Positions 35,472 to 44,697 of a DNA stretch of 47,224 nucleotides are shown piece after piece. Source of the DNA: a virus (lineage: Duplodnaviria > Caudoviricetes); IMG/VR virus record IMGVR_UViG_3300048852_000046, positions 1 through 47,224 of that record. One strand, written 5' to 3'. Under the pieces are notes generated by a model. The model saw nothing but the letters and a program-made list of their open reading frames with translations. It was not told where the DNA came from and ran no database searches. Both the position numbers and the translations under genes were made by a program. Positions within the stretch are counted from its first letter, which is position 1, and each line of letters starts with the position of its first letter.

Positions 35472-36476
35472 TCAGCCGTTGGTGACGACGGCAACCATGC
35501 GGACGAGCTTCGGATCGTATACGCGCGTCCAATTGGTGCCGGTGGCGAGTTCGGCGTCGGTCACGCCGGAAGGCGATGCAGGCGTGCCGCTGAAGGAAAC
35601 GCCGCGCGGGTGCATGACCCAGTGGCGGCGGTACCAAACCGTCTCGACGCCTTCACCGTTACCGGCGGCTGCGACGCTGTCTATCTCGACCGGCTTCTTT
35701 GGTCCCCCCTCGCCGGTGGCTTCGGCATAGCCGATGGCGCCGTTACCGAAGAGGTAGGAGGTGTATTTGAAGCCGGAGGTGGCGCCGGCCTCGCGCGGGC
35801 ACTGATCGGACACGTAGACGATCTTGTCGTCCCACATGTTGAAGTCTAGGCCCGTCGCCGGGTCCTTGAACTTCTCGATCGCACGAGCCGCCCGGAGGTT
35901 GTAGAACACCCGCGAGTGCATGAGGACGGCCGAGAGCGTCGTGCCATATTCGCCGAGCAGGGCGTAAGCATTGGCCGCGATCTCGGCATCGAGGTTGACG
36001 GGCGACACCGCGCCGTCCTCCGATGCGACATCGAGGACATTGCCAGCCATGCCGGCCGATGCGAAGACGCCACGCATCTGCTCGCCCATAATCCGCTGCT
36101 CCTCGCGAACCCAGTACTCAGCAATGAGCTGGGCAACGGCGTCGAGCGGATCTTCCGCGAGCATGGAGGCGACGAGGTTTGCCGACTGCCACCCGTTGTT
36201 GCGGCGGATCTTGCGAGCCATGTCCTGGCCCTGCGTCAGCTTGTTGGGCGTAGCTGTCTGAGCCGGGTCGTCAGTCGAGACGTTGGAGTTGCCGGTGAGG
36301 TCGTTCCAGAACGGCATCTGGACGAGATCGCCCGCGCCGTTGGCGAAACGCTGAAGCTCAGCGTCGGTGGAGACGATCGGCGAGTTGCGGATGCGCGAGA
36401 GCTGCGCGATGCGCTGGATCGTCGTAGGGAGGAAGAGCGGGCCATAGATGACGTCGCTCAGACGAGTAGTTGCCAT
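35472..36476 (-). CDS. Major capsid protein
   Basis: MATTRLSDVI, VQMPFWNDL, DPLDAVA, MHSRV, RRHWVMHPRG, NWTRVYDPK. Confidence 0.9.
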   Translation of the reverse strand: MATTRLSDVIYGPLFLPTTIQRIAQLSRIRNSPIVSTDAELQRFANGAGDLVQMPFWNDLTGNSNVSTDDPAQTATPNKLTQGQDMARKIRRNNGWQSANLVASMLAEDPLDAVAQLIAEYWVREEQRIMGEQMRGVFASAGMAGNVLDVASEDGAVSPVNLDAEIAANAYALLGEYGTTLSAVLMHSRVFYNLRAARAIEKFKDPATGLDFNMWDDKIVYVSDQCPREAGATSGFKYTSYLFGNGAIGYAEATGEGGPKKPVEIDSVAAAGNGEGVETVWYRRHWVMHPRGVSFSGTPASPSGVTDAELATGTNWTRVYDPKLVRMVAVVTNG

Positions 36477-36572
36477 GTCAATACTCCTGTCATTTGGAGG
36501 ATGTGGGGTGGATGGTCTCGGTCACCCCACTGGGCATGACCTCGTCTGCGGTGGCGCCACTGACGCCGGGAT

Positions 36573-37364
36573 TCACCAGTTCGGAGTGACGCCGGCGGCC
36601 TGCGCCATCTGGCGAGCCTTGGCTGCGTTCTCCTGGATGAGCTGCTGCTGCTTGGTCAGGTTCGGCTTTTTGCCGTTGCTGGTGTCCCAAGGGTTGTCGC
36701 TGAACTGCCGGCCGTCGCCGCCCTTGGCATCGCCACCAGTGGCCTTGGCAACGAAAGGCTTTCCTTCGTCCTGGCCCGCCCAGTTGCGGACGTAGTCGGT
36801 GAGCGGCGTCCGGTCATTCACGCCATCATCGGCGAAGACCTGGATAGCATCGTCGTCCTCGACGAGCTTGATCTGGCCCTTCTCCTTGAGCAGCGCCTTG
36901 GCGGCCGGCAGGAACGTCTTGTCGATTCCAGCATCAAGCAGAGCCTTCGTCAGACCGTCGTCGACCATGACGCGACGAAGCGTACCGTCGAGCTTGTTGG
37001 CGCGAGCCTCCAGCTTTTCGCGATCCTTGGCGAACTTTGCCTCGAGCTGCGTCTTCTGTGCTGCGAGCCGTTCCTCGATCTTCGGCGGCTCCTTGCCTTC
37101 CGCTTGCTGGCGGAGAGTCTCGTATGCCTCGATGTCAAAGTCTTCCGGCAGGCCTTCAAGCCGGCTTTCGGCTGCGGTCAGCTTGTCGCTGAGGGTGCGT
37201 TTCTCGCCGCGGACGCGATCGAGAGCGGACTTAAGCGCTGCGGCGCCGGGATGAGCTTCAATGCCCTCGATTGCGAGGACGAACTTGCCGTCCTTCTCCT
37301 CGTAGAGTGAGCGGTACTGCTCCTCGACACTGTCGAGGCTGTCGATGATTGCTTTAAGGGCCAC
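36573..37364 (-). CDS. Capsid scaffolding protein
   Basis: AGGAG RBS + GTG 37364; LYEEKDGKFVL, coiled coil, C-terminal NPW...NLTKQ. Confidence 0.85.
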   Translation of the reverse strand: MALKAIIDSLDSVEEQYRSLYEEKDGKFVLAIEGIEAHPGAAALKSALDRVRGEKRTLSDKLTAAESRLEGLPEDFDIEAYETLRQQAEGKEPPKIEERLAAQKTQLEAKFAKDREKLEARANKLDGTLRRVMVDDGLTKALLDAGIDKTFLPAAKALLKEKGQIKLVEDDDAIQVFADDGVNDRTPLTDYVRNWAGQDEGKPFVAKATGGDAKGGDGRQFSDNPWDTSNGKKPNLTKQQQLIQENAAKARQMAQAAGVTPNW

Positions 37365-37525
37365 TGGCCTTCTCCTATGGTAAAGCCCGCACTGCTGGGC
37401 GTGAAAAAGCCGCACTGAGGCGGCGGAAGGTGTCCTTTGAAAATGTGTGGCTAAACCGGACGGACTTGCCTTGCTAAACAGAGGCTCTCCGTCTATGCCG
37501 ACAATGGGAACCAAGGAGAATAGAA

Positions 37526-37960
37526 GTGGCCAAAGCACCGATGACGTCCACTGCCAAAGAGCTTTACCGCGCAGCAGTCGCTATGCATGATATGACGCGT
37601 CTGGCAGCGCCCCACATCGCTGCGAAGGGCGAAACGCAGTCAGCGGTGTACTTAGGCTACTACTTCAACCTTGGTTTTGCTGTAGAACTGTACCTGAAGG
37701 CATTTCTCCGCGACGCAACTGGAGAAGATGTGTCGAAGTACGGCCACAACCTTGATGCTTTGCTGAAGGCGGCTCTCCAGAGTGGTTTCAACTACGAACC
37801 ACATGCAATGACTGATATTGTGAAGATCATTGGCCCCGAGCACCGGGCTCTGCGTTTTAGATATGCAGAAGGTTCCAGTTACTTTAGCTACATCAACCAG
37901 CTCGATCTGGTCGAGGTGGCGTTAACTGCCTGCAGCAACGGAATGGCACATCTAGGCTAA
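37526..37960 (+). CDS. HEPN-domain moron protein
   Basis: FAVELYLKAFL, GHNLDAL, RFRY pattern; antisense between portal and scaffold. Confidence 0.65.
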   Translation: MAKAPMTSTAKELYRAAVAMHDMTRLAAPHIAAKGETQSAVYLGYYFNLGFAVELYLKAFLRDATGEDVSKYGHNLDALLKAALQSGFNYEPHAMTDIVKIIGPEHRALRFRYAEGSSYFSYINQLDLVEVALTACSNGMAHLG

Positions 37961-39333
37961 GGGGGGCCCAGCGCTGCCTCCCTCTCCCTTTCGCTACCGA
38001 ACCGCTCTTCGTCGATGAGCTTCAACTCCGCCTCGTGATCCCGCTCGGCGCTGGCGATCTCGCCGCGCTGCAGGTTCTCGTACAGCGTCTCGTAGGCAAT
38101 GGCTCCGTTTTGCCAGAGCGAAACGAGCGAGGCGGCCTGCTCTGGCGTGAGCGTCGCGTCGACGAAGGACAGGTTCGGTCTTACTGTCACCGCATCGGGA
38201 CTCTGACCGATCATCACGGCGATGTGCCGCAATGCCTTCTCCAAACCTTGCGCACTGGCTTGGGCAATGGAGGTGAGCGTTGCCGTCTCTGCCGCGAACC
38301 GAATTCGCAGCGCATCCCCACTCTCTGCCGTCTTCGTTTCAGCGCTGTTAAACAACCTGGCGCCCGACTGTGCCGCATTCTGCCGCTCGTCCAGTATCGC
38401 AATACGATGCGCATTGATGCCGGTACCGGCCGGGCCGACATACTTCACATCAGGCGTGCCCTGCTGGTCACCCTGCTTGATTGCAATGACCGCCCCTGCC
38501 CCTACGGCTGAGGGCGGATCACCATTGATGACGACGAGGGTCTCCTGCCCCGTCATGAACAGCTGCCAGCGGTAGTCGGCTGAGAGCTGGTAGAGAGCAA
38601 TGGCAGATCGTGCGACACCCAGCAGCGGTGGAAGCTCCGGTACAAGCGACAGATCGCGAGCGCCGATGACGACGAACGGGATCTCGGTGAGCTTGGCATT
38701 GCCCCTGCCCGTGGGAATGACCTCGTCGCCCGGAGTCCGCTCGGTACCGGTGAAGGTCTGGACGGTGTAGCTGCCTTCTTTCATCTCCAGGACACGGAAG
38801 CGCTGCTCCTGCTCCCAGCGGAAGCCGTCACGCCTCAGACCGCTCTCATCGAGGACGAACATCGACCGATCGTCAGACCAGTTGATCAGCGATTCTGCAG
38901 AGTAACCAGCCAGCCACGGCAGGTCCGAGCCCTCTGTCGCGGCATCAGCGAGCAGAGCATAGCGCCCCGTCGTCAGCAGTTCCGCCGTGATCCGACGATG
39001 CAACGCCTCGAGCGGCAAGCCATCCTTTGTCGCCTTCTCCCAGAGCGGTTTCATTGCGTCCGGCATTTCGATCTGGGCTTCTGTGCGATGGATGACGCCC
39101 ACCATGCCGTGGATCGTCGGCAATACGATCTCCGGAAACTGCGCCCGCGTCTGATAAGCGTCGTAGAGGGCACGGCCCCCGTCGGCTTGAGCCTTGAAGC
39201 CGGACGGTTGGGGGAGATACGTGATCCCGGCCGCCTTTACCTCGTTCTCTCCGCCGGCGGTGTCGCGCATCAGCGTCCATTCAGGAGCGCGAGCAGTCCA
39301 TAGCGGGTGCTTGGTGTGGACGGCATCTGTCAT
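37957..39333 (-). CDS. Portal protein (DUF4055 type)
   Basis: YLPQPS, YQTRA, IPFVVIG, PPLL, SADY, ESGDALRIR; follows TerL. Confidence 0.88.
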   Translation of the reverse strand: MTDAVHTKHPLWTARAPEWTLMRDTAGGENEVKAAGITYLPQPSGFKAQADGGRALYDAYQTRAQFPEIVLPTIHGMVGVIHRTEAQIEMPDAMKPLWEKATKDGLPLEALHRRITAELLTTGRYALLADAATEGSDLPWLAGYSAESLINWSDDRSMFVLDESGLRRDGFRWEQEQRFRVLEMKEGSYTVQTFTGTERTPGDEVIPTGRGNAKLTEIPFVVIGARDLSLVPELPPLLGVARSAIALYQLSADYRWQLFMTGQETLVVINGDPPSAVGAGAVIAIKQGDQQGTPDVKYVGPAGTGINAHRIAILDERQNAAQSGARLFNSAETKTAESGDALRIRFAAETATLTSIAQASAQGLEKALRHIAVMIGQSPDAVTVRPNLSFVDATLTPEQAASLVSLWQNGAIAYETLYENLQRGEIASAERDHEAELKLIDEERFGSEREREAALGPP

Positions 39334-40742
39334 CAGTAAAGTCCTTGCACCGTCGTTGTCGTCGTCACCGGTGGCGACGAGATAAGCGCGTTGAACGCCC
39401 TGCTCGTGCTGTCCGCGTCGTCATCATGCGCCGCCTCGGGGAAGCTCTCCAAGGCAGTGAACCAATCCTCATTCCAGCGACCTCTGATCACGAACACGTT
39501 GCCGGCCTCCGCCTGAGCAGAGAAGCCGCTGAAGCGCGTGATCTTGTCGCCGCTTTCCGGTGACGACCGGACGCTGTAACCGGCCAGCATCTTTGTCAAG
39601 GTAGCCACTTGGCTCTTGCCTGCCTGCCCAGGATCCTGCGGCAATGAGATGGACACCTGCCTGCCGTCGCCATCCGCCGTGTTCTTGATCATTCTCTCGA
39701 CGCCAGCTGGCGATTGGCGATCGCGCCGATGATCCGCGACGAAATACCGACCGTCAGGGGTTTTTCCGATCAGCGTTCCGGCCGTCCAGTCCGGATCATT
39801 GCTTTCGGTCTTCGGGGTTCCCGCCAAGTCCCAGCCCCGCATCCAACGAATGTCATGTGGCGCGGCATCGACGATCTGACACCAGGCGCGCTGGAAGTAG
39901 AGACCAGCGGCCGGGCGGATCTTCCAGTTACCGCCGAGGAGCCGCTCCCGCTCTACCGTCGGCAGAGCCATGAGGCTCGCGAGATAACTCGGGTCCGCCG
40001 CCATCAGCGCGCGATTGTCGCTTAGCTTTGCCGGAACGAACGTCACCGACTTCGGCGGGATCGGCTCCTCGATGCCATCCTCATTCGGAGCGGTGTACTG
40101 CTCCAACTCCTCCGCGCTATCAGCCCAGATGATCGCATCGCCAATGCGGACGAACCACCGAAGGGAACCGGCGCGCTCTGGGATCGGCAGGCCAGTGTCC
40201 TGGTTGATCCACCAACTGATGAACTGCGCCACCCAGCTATCGGCATCAGGGTTGCAGGTGGCTCGAATGTAGGGCCGCACGCCGCTCATTGAGCGGTTAC
40301 GCGAAACCATGTACCAGAACTGCTTGGCGCTGAAGTGCGTCAGCTCGTCGAAGCAAATCAGCGGGATCTGCGAGCCCTGCCAATTCAGGACGGTCTTGTC
40401 ATGCTCAAGGTGAGCAAACGACACCGAGGCGCCCGATGGGAAGCTCCATTGCAGCACATGCTCTTTGGGCGAAGCGCCGATGGCCGGATAGAGCTTCTCG
40501 CTCTCATCCCAGAGACCGCCCTCGTTTCGGACCTGCACCGTGGACCGGCGGAAGAATACGGCGCCGAACTGCGGGTTGGCGATATGGCGGAGCGGCTCCA
40601 TGAGCAGCGCCCATGTCTTGCCGCCGCCTGCCGAGCCGCCGTAGATTGCAATATCTGCCGGCGAGGCGAGGAAAGCTGTCTGCGGGCCCGGCTGCGGCCG
40701 GATGATCGTCTGGGCGCCCTGCCCTTGCTCAGCTCCTGCCAT
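39333..40742 (-). CDS. terL: Terminase large subunit
   Basis: YGGSAGGGKT Walker A, ICFDELTHF Walker B, ATCNP, WDLA and HDDDADS nuclease motifs. Confidence 0.95.
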   Translation of the reverse strand: MAGAEQGQGAQTIIRPQPGPQTAFLASPADIAIYGGSAGGGKTWALLMEPLRHIANPQFGAVFFRRSTVQVRNEGGLWDESEKLYPAIGASPKEHVLQWSFPSGASVSFAHLEHDKTVLNWQGSQIPLICFDELTHFSAKQFWYMVSRNRSMSGVRPYIRATCNPDADSWVAQFISWWINQDTGLPIPERAGSLRWFVRIGDAIIWADSAEELEQYTAPNEDGIEEPIPPKSVTFVPAKLSDNRALMAADPSYLASLMALPTVERERLLGGNWKIRPAAGLYFQRAWCQIVDAAPHDIRWMRGWDLAGTPKTESNDPDWTAGTLIGKTPDGRYFVADHRRDRQSPAGVERMIKNTADGDGRQVSISLPQDPGQAGKSQVATLTKMLAGYSVRSSPESGDKITRFSGFSAQAEAGNVFVIRGRWNEDWFTALESFPEAAHDDDADSTSRAFNALISSPPVTTTTTVQGLY

Positions 40743-41193
40743 TGTCGGGCAACTGGAAGATCGTCACCGGCGATACTGGTACCGGCAAGTCCTTTCCATC
40801 CTTTCCCGTCAACTCGCGCCGGTTGGTATAGGCGTTGCCCACTTCCTCGGCGGCCTGCTTCATCAACGATGCCGCCAGCACCATGTTGCCCTGCGTCTCT
40901 GCCTTGTCGGCCATGCGCTGGAGAGCGCGAAGCCGAACCGCCCGGTGGCTGATGGCGATCGTGGCCGTATCCTCGAGGAACGTCTTACGCGTCTCCTCGA
41001 AGAGCAGCTTCCACTTCTCTGCGAGGTTGCTGCCGGCCCGCTTGGTCGGGTCGTATCCTTCCACCGACTGGCGAGTGATCGTCTCGCCAAATTCCTTCCT
41101 GACCGTGTCGACCACGATCGAAGGCGTGTCGAAGCAGGCGAGGCTTTGCACGATGAAGGTTTTCACCTCCTCACTGAGTTTTCCTTTTGCCAT
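40729..41193 (-). CDS. Terminase small subunit (DUF2280-like)
   Basis: FIVQSLACFDTPS, YDPTK, QAAEEVG, ELTGKDG. Confidence 0.85.
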   Translation of the reverse strand: MAKGKLSEEVKTFIVQSLACFDTPSIVVDTVRKEFGETITRQSVEGYDPTKRAGSNLAEKWKLLFEETRKTFLEDTATIAISHRAVRLRALQRMADKAETQGNMVLAASLMKQAAEEVGNAYTNRRELTGKDGKDLPVPVSPVTIFQLPDNGRS

Positions 41194-41265
41194 GGTTGTG
41201 TCAGGCTCCGGTCAGGTCGACTCATCACCCGAAGGCGAAAATCATTGGATGCCCTGCACCCCGTC

Positions 41266-41565
41266 ATGAACAACACGAAGTGGGACGAACTGCGCCTGGC
41301 GATGCATGCGCTTGATAGGCGCCCGCTCTGGCGTTGCAAGGACATCAACGGCCACTATTCCGACGATGACCGCGAGTGGTTCCATCATTTTCGGTTAGGC
41401 GGTTATGCCAGCATTCGCTACGTGGACATCAAAGCTGATGATACGGCTCATAGAGATGCGATCAGAGCTGCCCTGAAAACAATTCACCTACCCGGGGAAG
41501 AGACCGAAGCTGGGTTTCGGGTGTTCGGCTACGGCCAGAAGGGCCAGGCCTTAGACTACCTCTGA
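41266..41565 (+). CDS. DUF6678-like protein (start may be 41245)
   Basis: MNNTKWDELR...DREWFHH...FRVFGY. Confidence 0.6.
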   Translation: MNNTKWDELRLAMHALDRRPLWRCKDINGHYSDDDREWFHHFRLGGYASIRYVDIKADDTAHRDAIRAALKTIHLPGEETEAGFRVFGYGQKGQALDYL

Positions 41566-41567
41566 CC

Positions 41568-42188
41568 TCACGCCACCCTGAGTTGGCAGGTGCCGCAGGC
41601 ATGCGCAATGTGCGCCTTCGCGATCTCTGGTGGCCGGTTGACAGCATCGACCATCGCACGGATGCCAGCTGCATCTGCCCCATAGCGACGAACGACGCCG
41701 ACGAATTCCTCTACGTCATGTCCGCGGATGGTGAAGACAGGGCGGCCGGTAGACCTGCTGAACTTCGGAGCGCCGAAAGCATCCGTCTCTTGGGCGGCGT
41801 GATAGAGCTCGTGCTCGACGAGCGCCATGAACTCGGCATCACCGCACTGCCGGCAATATTCGGCGTCCAACGTGATCATGAAATCCGGGACGAAGCCAAA
41901 CCACTGCTTCACCTGCATCTCTGAACGGGCCCGGGCCCACTTACCCATTGCGCCCTGAGGCTTCCCCTCTTCGCATTGGCCGATGATGCGGCGGCCCTTG
42001 CGGCTGTTCTCGACGACGGTCCAGAGGAAGCCGATCTCGGCATGCGCCAGGTGGGCATGCTCCTCGTTGTGGAGCGGCGAAGACGGGTCGAGGAAGGTTG
42101 CCTCTATCCATTCTGGCATTTCTTCGGCCGGGACGAACGCCGGAGAGTTGATGTCCTCGAAGAGAGAGGATGGCGGCTGCGGCCTCAT
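41568..42188 (-). CDS. Phage putative metallopeptidase
   Basis: ALVEHELYH (HExxH), HDVEEF, VVRRYG. Confidence 0.85.
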   Translation of the reverse strand: MRPQPPSSLFEDINSPAFVPAEEMPEWIEATFLDPSSPLHNEEHAHLAHAEIGFLWTVVENSRKGRRIIGQCEEGKPQGAMGKWARARSEMQVKQWFGFVPDFMITLDAEYCRQCGDAEFMALVEHELYHAAQETDAFGAPKFSRSTGRPVFTIRGHDVEEFVGVVRRYGADAAGIRAMVDAVNRPPEIAKAHIAHACGTCQLRVA

Positions 42189-42194
42189 CCTGGT

Positions 42195-42350
42195 TCACTC
42201 GTGCTGCCGGAAGATCAGCAGCCAGTCGTATGTCGATCTCCGGACTAAGTGATCGAGCCGATAGCCGTTGGCCGCCCACTCGTTGATGAGCGCTTCCATG
42301 CCCGGCATACCCTTGGGGCCGGAATCGTATTCAACGACACGGTAGAGCAT
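42195..42350 (-). CDS. Small DUF4177-like protein (not in ORF track)
   Basis: GAGGTG RBS; MLYRVVEYD...LINEWAANGYRL...LLIFRQHE (51 aa). Confidence 0.6.
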   Translation of the reverse strand: MLYRVVEYDSGPKGMPGMEALINEWAANGYRLDHLVRRSTYDWLLIFRQHE

Positions 42351-42394
42351 GCATCACCTCTTTTCTAATCCTGACGAATCCCGGATAACAGCGC

Positions 42395-42652
42395 ATGAGC
42401 CATCATCACTGCCCTTGCTGCAAACACCGGACGCTATCTGCGCGTGCCGAGTATGAAATTTGTCCGGTTTGCTTCTGGGAGGATGATGGTCAAGATGAAG
42501 CCAACTCCGAAGAGGTGAGAGGCGGACCTAATGGCGGTTTGTCACTTTCTGCTGCTCGGGCGAACTATGCGGCTTTCGGCGCGTCAGACAAACGCTTCAT
42601 CACCAAGGTGAGACCTCCACTATCCACAGAGAAGTGGACCATAATTAATTAG
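42395..42652 (+). CDS. CPCC Cys-rich family protein
   Basis: CPCC...YEICPVCFWEDDG...GPNGGLSL..AR.NY. Confidence 0.85.
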   Translation: MSHHHCPCCKHRTLSARAEYEICPVCFWEDDGQDEANSEEVRGGPNGGLSLSAARANYAAFGASDKRFITKVRPPLSTEKWTIIN

Positions 42653-42697
42653 GCTGTTCCACGCCGATGCTCATTCCTCGAACAGAGAGCATACTCC

Positions 42698-43045
42698 ATG
42701 AAAGCCCGCTATCACGGCTTCCGAATTCTGGATCACGACAAGCAAAGTGAAGGTTGGCAGCCAGAAGATCCTGAAGACTTCGAGTTCAGCATCGATTTCT
42801 ATGCAGGATGTGGAGACGGCGCGGACGCGTTCACGTCGGAAGTGTGTTCGCCGCGTCGGCTCATGAAGAAATTCGCCACCTCTGTCTGCTCTCCACAAGG
42901 CGTGCTGATCATGCCTTCGTTTGATCTCGTTGCGCTCGACGCTTTCCTTCGACAACTTTGCGAGAACACGGAGGCCCAGACCTGGGATGCACTTGCACTC
43001 AAGTTGCATGGCGCAGGGCGATGGGAGTTCGCTCATCGCACCTGA
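42698..43045 (+). CDS. Imm8-like immunity protein
   Basis: WQPEDPEDF, GADAFTSEVCSP, TWDALALKL...RWEF. Confidence 0.7.
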   Translation: MKARYHGFRILDHDKQSEGWQPEDPEDFEFSIDFYAGCGDGADAFTSEVCSPRRLMKKFATSVCSPQGVLIMPSFDLVALDAFLRQLCENTEAQTWDALALKLHGAGRWEFAHRT

Positions 43046-43061
43046 GGCGCACGCAACCGGA

Positions 43062-43445
43062 TCAATATTTTCGCAACTCTGCCTGAAGTGCCGCCATCAG
43101 CTCGTCGACCGGCGGCGTAACCCCCTTGCCGGCCGGCGTAAAAAACACGCCTGGCAAGACACCTTCCAACTTCAACTTTGGCAAGAGCACGTCCGTCAAA
43201 TCGATCAAGGTGATTGCGCGCGGCTCAAACCCTGTCCACTCGTTCAGAGCGCAGAGTTGTGCATATTCCTTCGCAGGCCACAGCGGGAAAATCGTTGTTC
43301 CGTCATCCGCTACGGAAAGAGCCCAGCCATCTCGATACAGCCCCCATACCTCCTGCCAATCGGCGATGACTTTGATAAAGTGCTCGAACCGCTCAACCCC
43401 TGGCGAGGCTAGTATTGCCTCCATCTGCCGTGGGCTTACCTTCAT
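43062..43445 (-). CDS. DUF2750 family protein
   Basis: ERFEHFIK..ADWQEVWGL, FPLWPAKEYAQLC...EW. Confidence 0.8.
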   Translation of the reverse strand: MKVSPRQMEAILASPGVERFEHFIKVIADWQEVWGLYRDGWALSVADDGTTIFPLWPAKEYAQLCALNEWTGFEPRAITLIDLTDVLLPKLKLEGVLPGVFFTPAGKGVTPPVDELMAALQAELRKY

Positions 43446-43522
43446 GAATAGTGCTCCTTTAGCCGAAGGACGCGGCTTACCAGTTGCCCTGCTGGTGAAA
43501 TGATGCGGCGGTCATCGGACCG

Positions 43523-43720
43523 TCACCTACGCTCTCGCGTCTTACCCAGCTTGGTAAGCGCGAAACACGCGAGTGATGCGATATAGCCGATTGCTCCCGC
43601 AAAAAGTGCAACGACACCACCGAACCACTCTGCGATCCCTATTGCTACGAATCCGAAGACCGCGCCGGTGGCGACAATTTTGAATGCAAGTTTCGGGTCA
43701 CCAGTTGGCAGCATGCGCAC
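43523..43720 (-). CDS. Small 2-TM membrane protein
   Basis: Two hydrophobic stretches and a basic tail. Confidence 0.45.
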   Translation of the reverse strand: MRMLPTGDPKLAFKIVATGAVFGFVAIGIAEWFGGVVALFAGAIGYIASLACFALTKLGKTRERR

Positions 43721-43791
43721 ACCTTAACAACCAAGGCGCTAGTTGCAAGCTCCCGATCTGCCAACGCCGCTTACCGGCTCCCCTGCCTGCG

Positions 43792-44583
43792 TTACTGTGC
43801 CCGATGGCGGGCTTTCAGCTCTTCCTTCATCCGTGCCATCTCTTCAGGCGAAGGATGCTTGCCGACGAACTCGGTCATAGGCACCGACCGACCGGTGGAG
43901 AGGCGATAGAGAAGGACGCCGGTCTTGCGCTTGTGCTTGGTAAGACCGATCACCATACCTTGCGAGCGATCGTCGCCCCACTCGGCATGGTGGAATTCGC
44001 CAAAAGCGCGAACATCCTTTGGGTCGAAGCCTGTCTTGTCCCTGATCGCAACATCAGCCTCGTAGAGGCCCATCATCGCGTTGGTCTTGGCGAACGCGCC
44101 GAAATGCCGTTTGGCGGCCTCGTCATAGGCCATTGCCGCTTCAACTTCGGCGTCAAACAGGCCGACCACCAAGGGTTCACCGCTTACGGTGATGTGTGCT
44201 GCCCAGCGGCCGGAACTGGTCAGCGTGACGCCCTTGAACTTGGATGTCGTCTCACCAATCCGCTTGAACGAGTTCTGCGCATTCTCGGTAGCAGATGCCG
44301 GCCGAAGATTGCGCTTCCGGCAATCAAGGCCGTTTCCGTTCTCATGGTCGACGCGCTGGCCGGGCTCAACGCGCAGAATGAACGCATGGAGGCTGCTATG
44401 ATGCTTCGGCAAGGTCGCGAGCGATGTCGCCCTGACATAGAACGTTCTGCCAGACGGCGCAGCGCACCACTTTCGGCTGGCGACGCGCTCCAGGTCATCA
44501 ACGTCGACGAGGGCGAAGAGCCGCTTCCGGCCGGCAGATTTCTGCAACGGGATATATGCGGTATCGCCCTTTACGAAAGCCAT
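43792..44583 (-). CDS. HNH endonuclease with AP2 domain
   Basis: VDHENGNGLDCRKRNLR (HNH_3); SKFKGV...WAAHI...FDAEVEAAMAYDEAA (AP2). Confidence 0.88.
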   Translation of the reverse strand: MAFVKGDTAYIPLQKSAGRKRLFALVDVDDLERVASRKWCAAPSGRTFYVRATSLATLPKHHSSLHAFILRVEPGQRVDHENGNGLDCRKRNLRPASATENAQNSFKRIGETTSKFKGVTLTSSGRWAAHITVSGEPLVVGLFDAEVEAAMAYDEAAKRHFGAFAKTNAMMGLYEADVAIRDKTGFDPKDVRAFGEFHHAEWGDDRSQGMVIGLTKHKRKTGVLLYRLSTGRSVPMTEFVGKHPSPEEMARMKEELKARHRAQ

Positions 44584-44697
44584 TCAGGCACAAGCCTCCA
44601 CGCGGTGTAATTCACATCCGCTTAAGGGCGACACCTCTTGGACGACTATAGAAGCCCCAAAGGAACAGGCGTCAAACAAATCACTTGACACTGGAAT

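Noticed and set aside
36520-37424. Iron-responsive elements (CAGUG loop) or CRISPR-like repeats
   Set aside because: IREs are a eukaryotic hexaloop system and the stems here do not fit; there is no constant repeat-spacer period and no cas gene
40702-41244. N-terminal extension of the 287 aa plus-strand ORF
   Set aside because: Overlaps TerS antisense; only the part from ~41245/41266 looks protein-like
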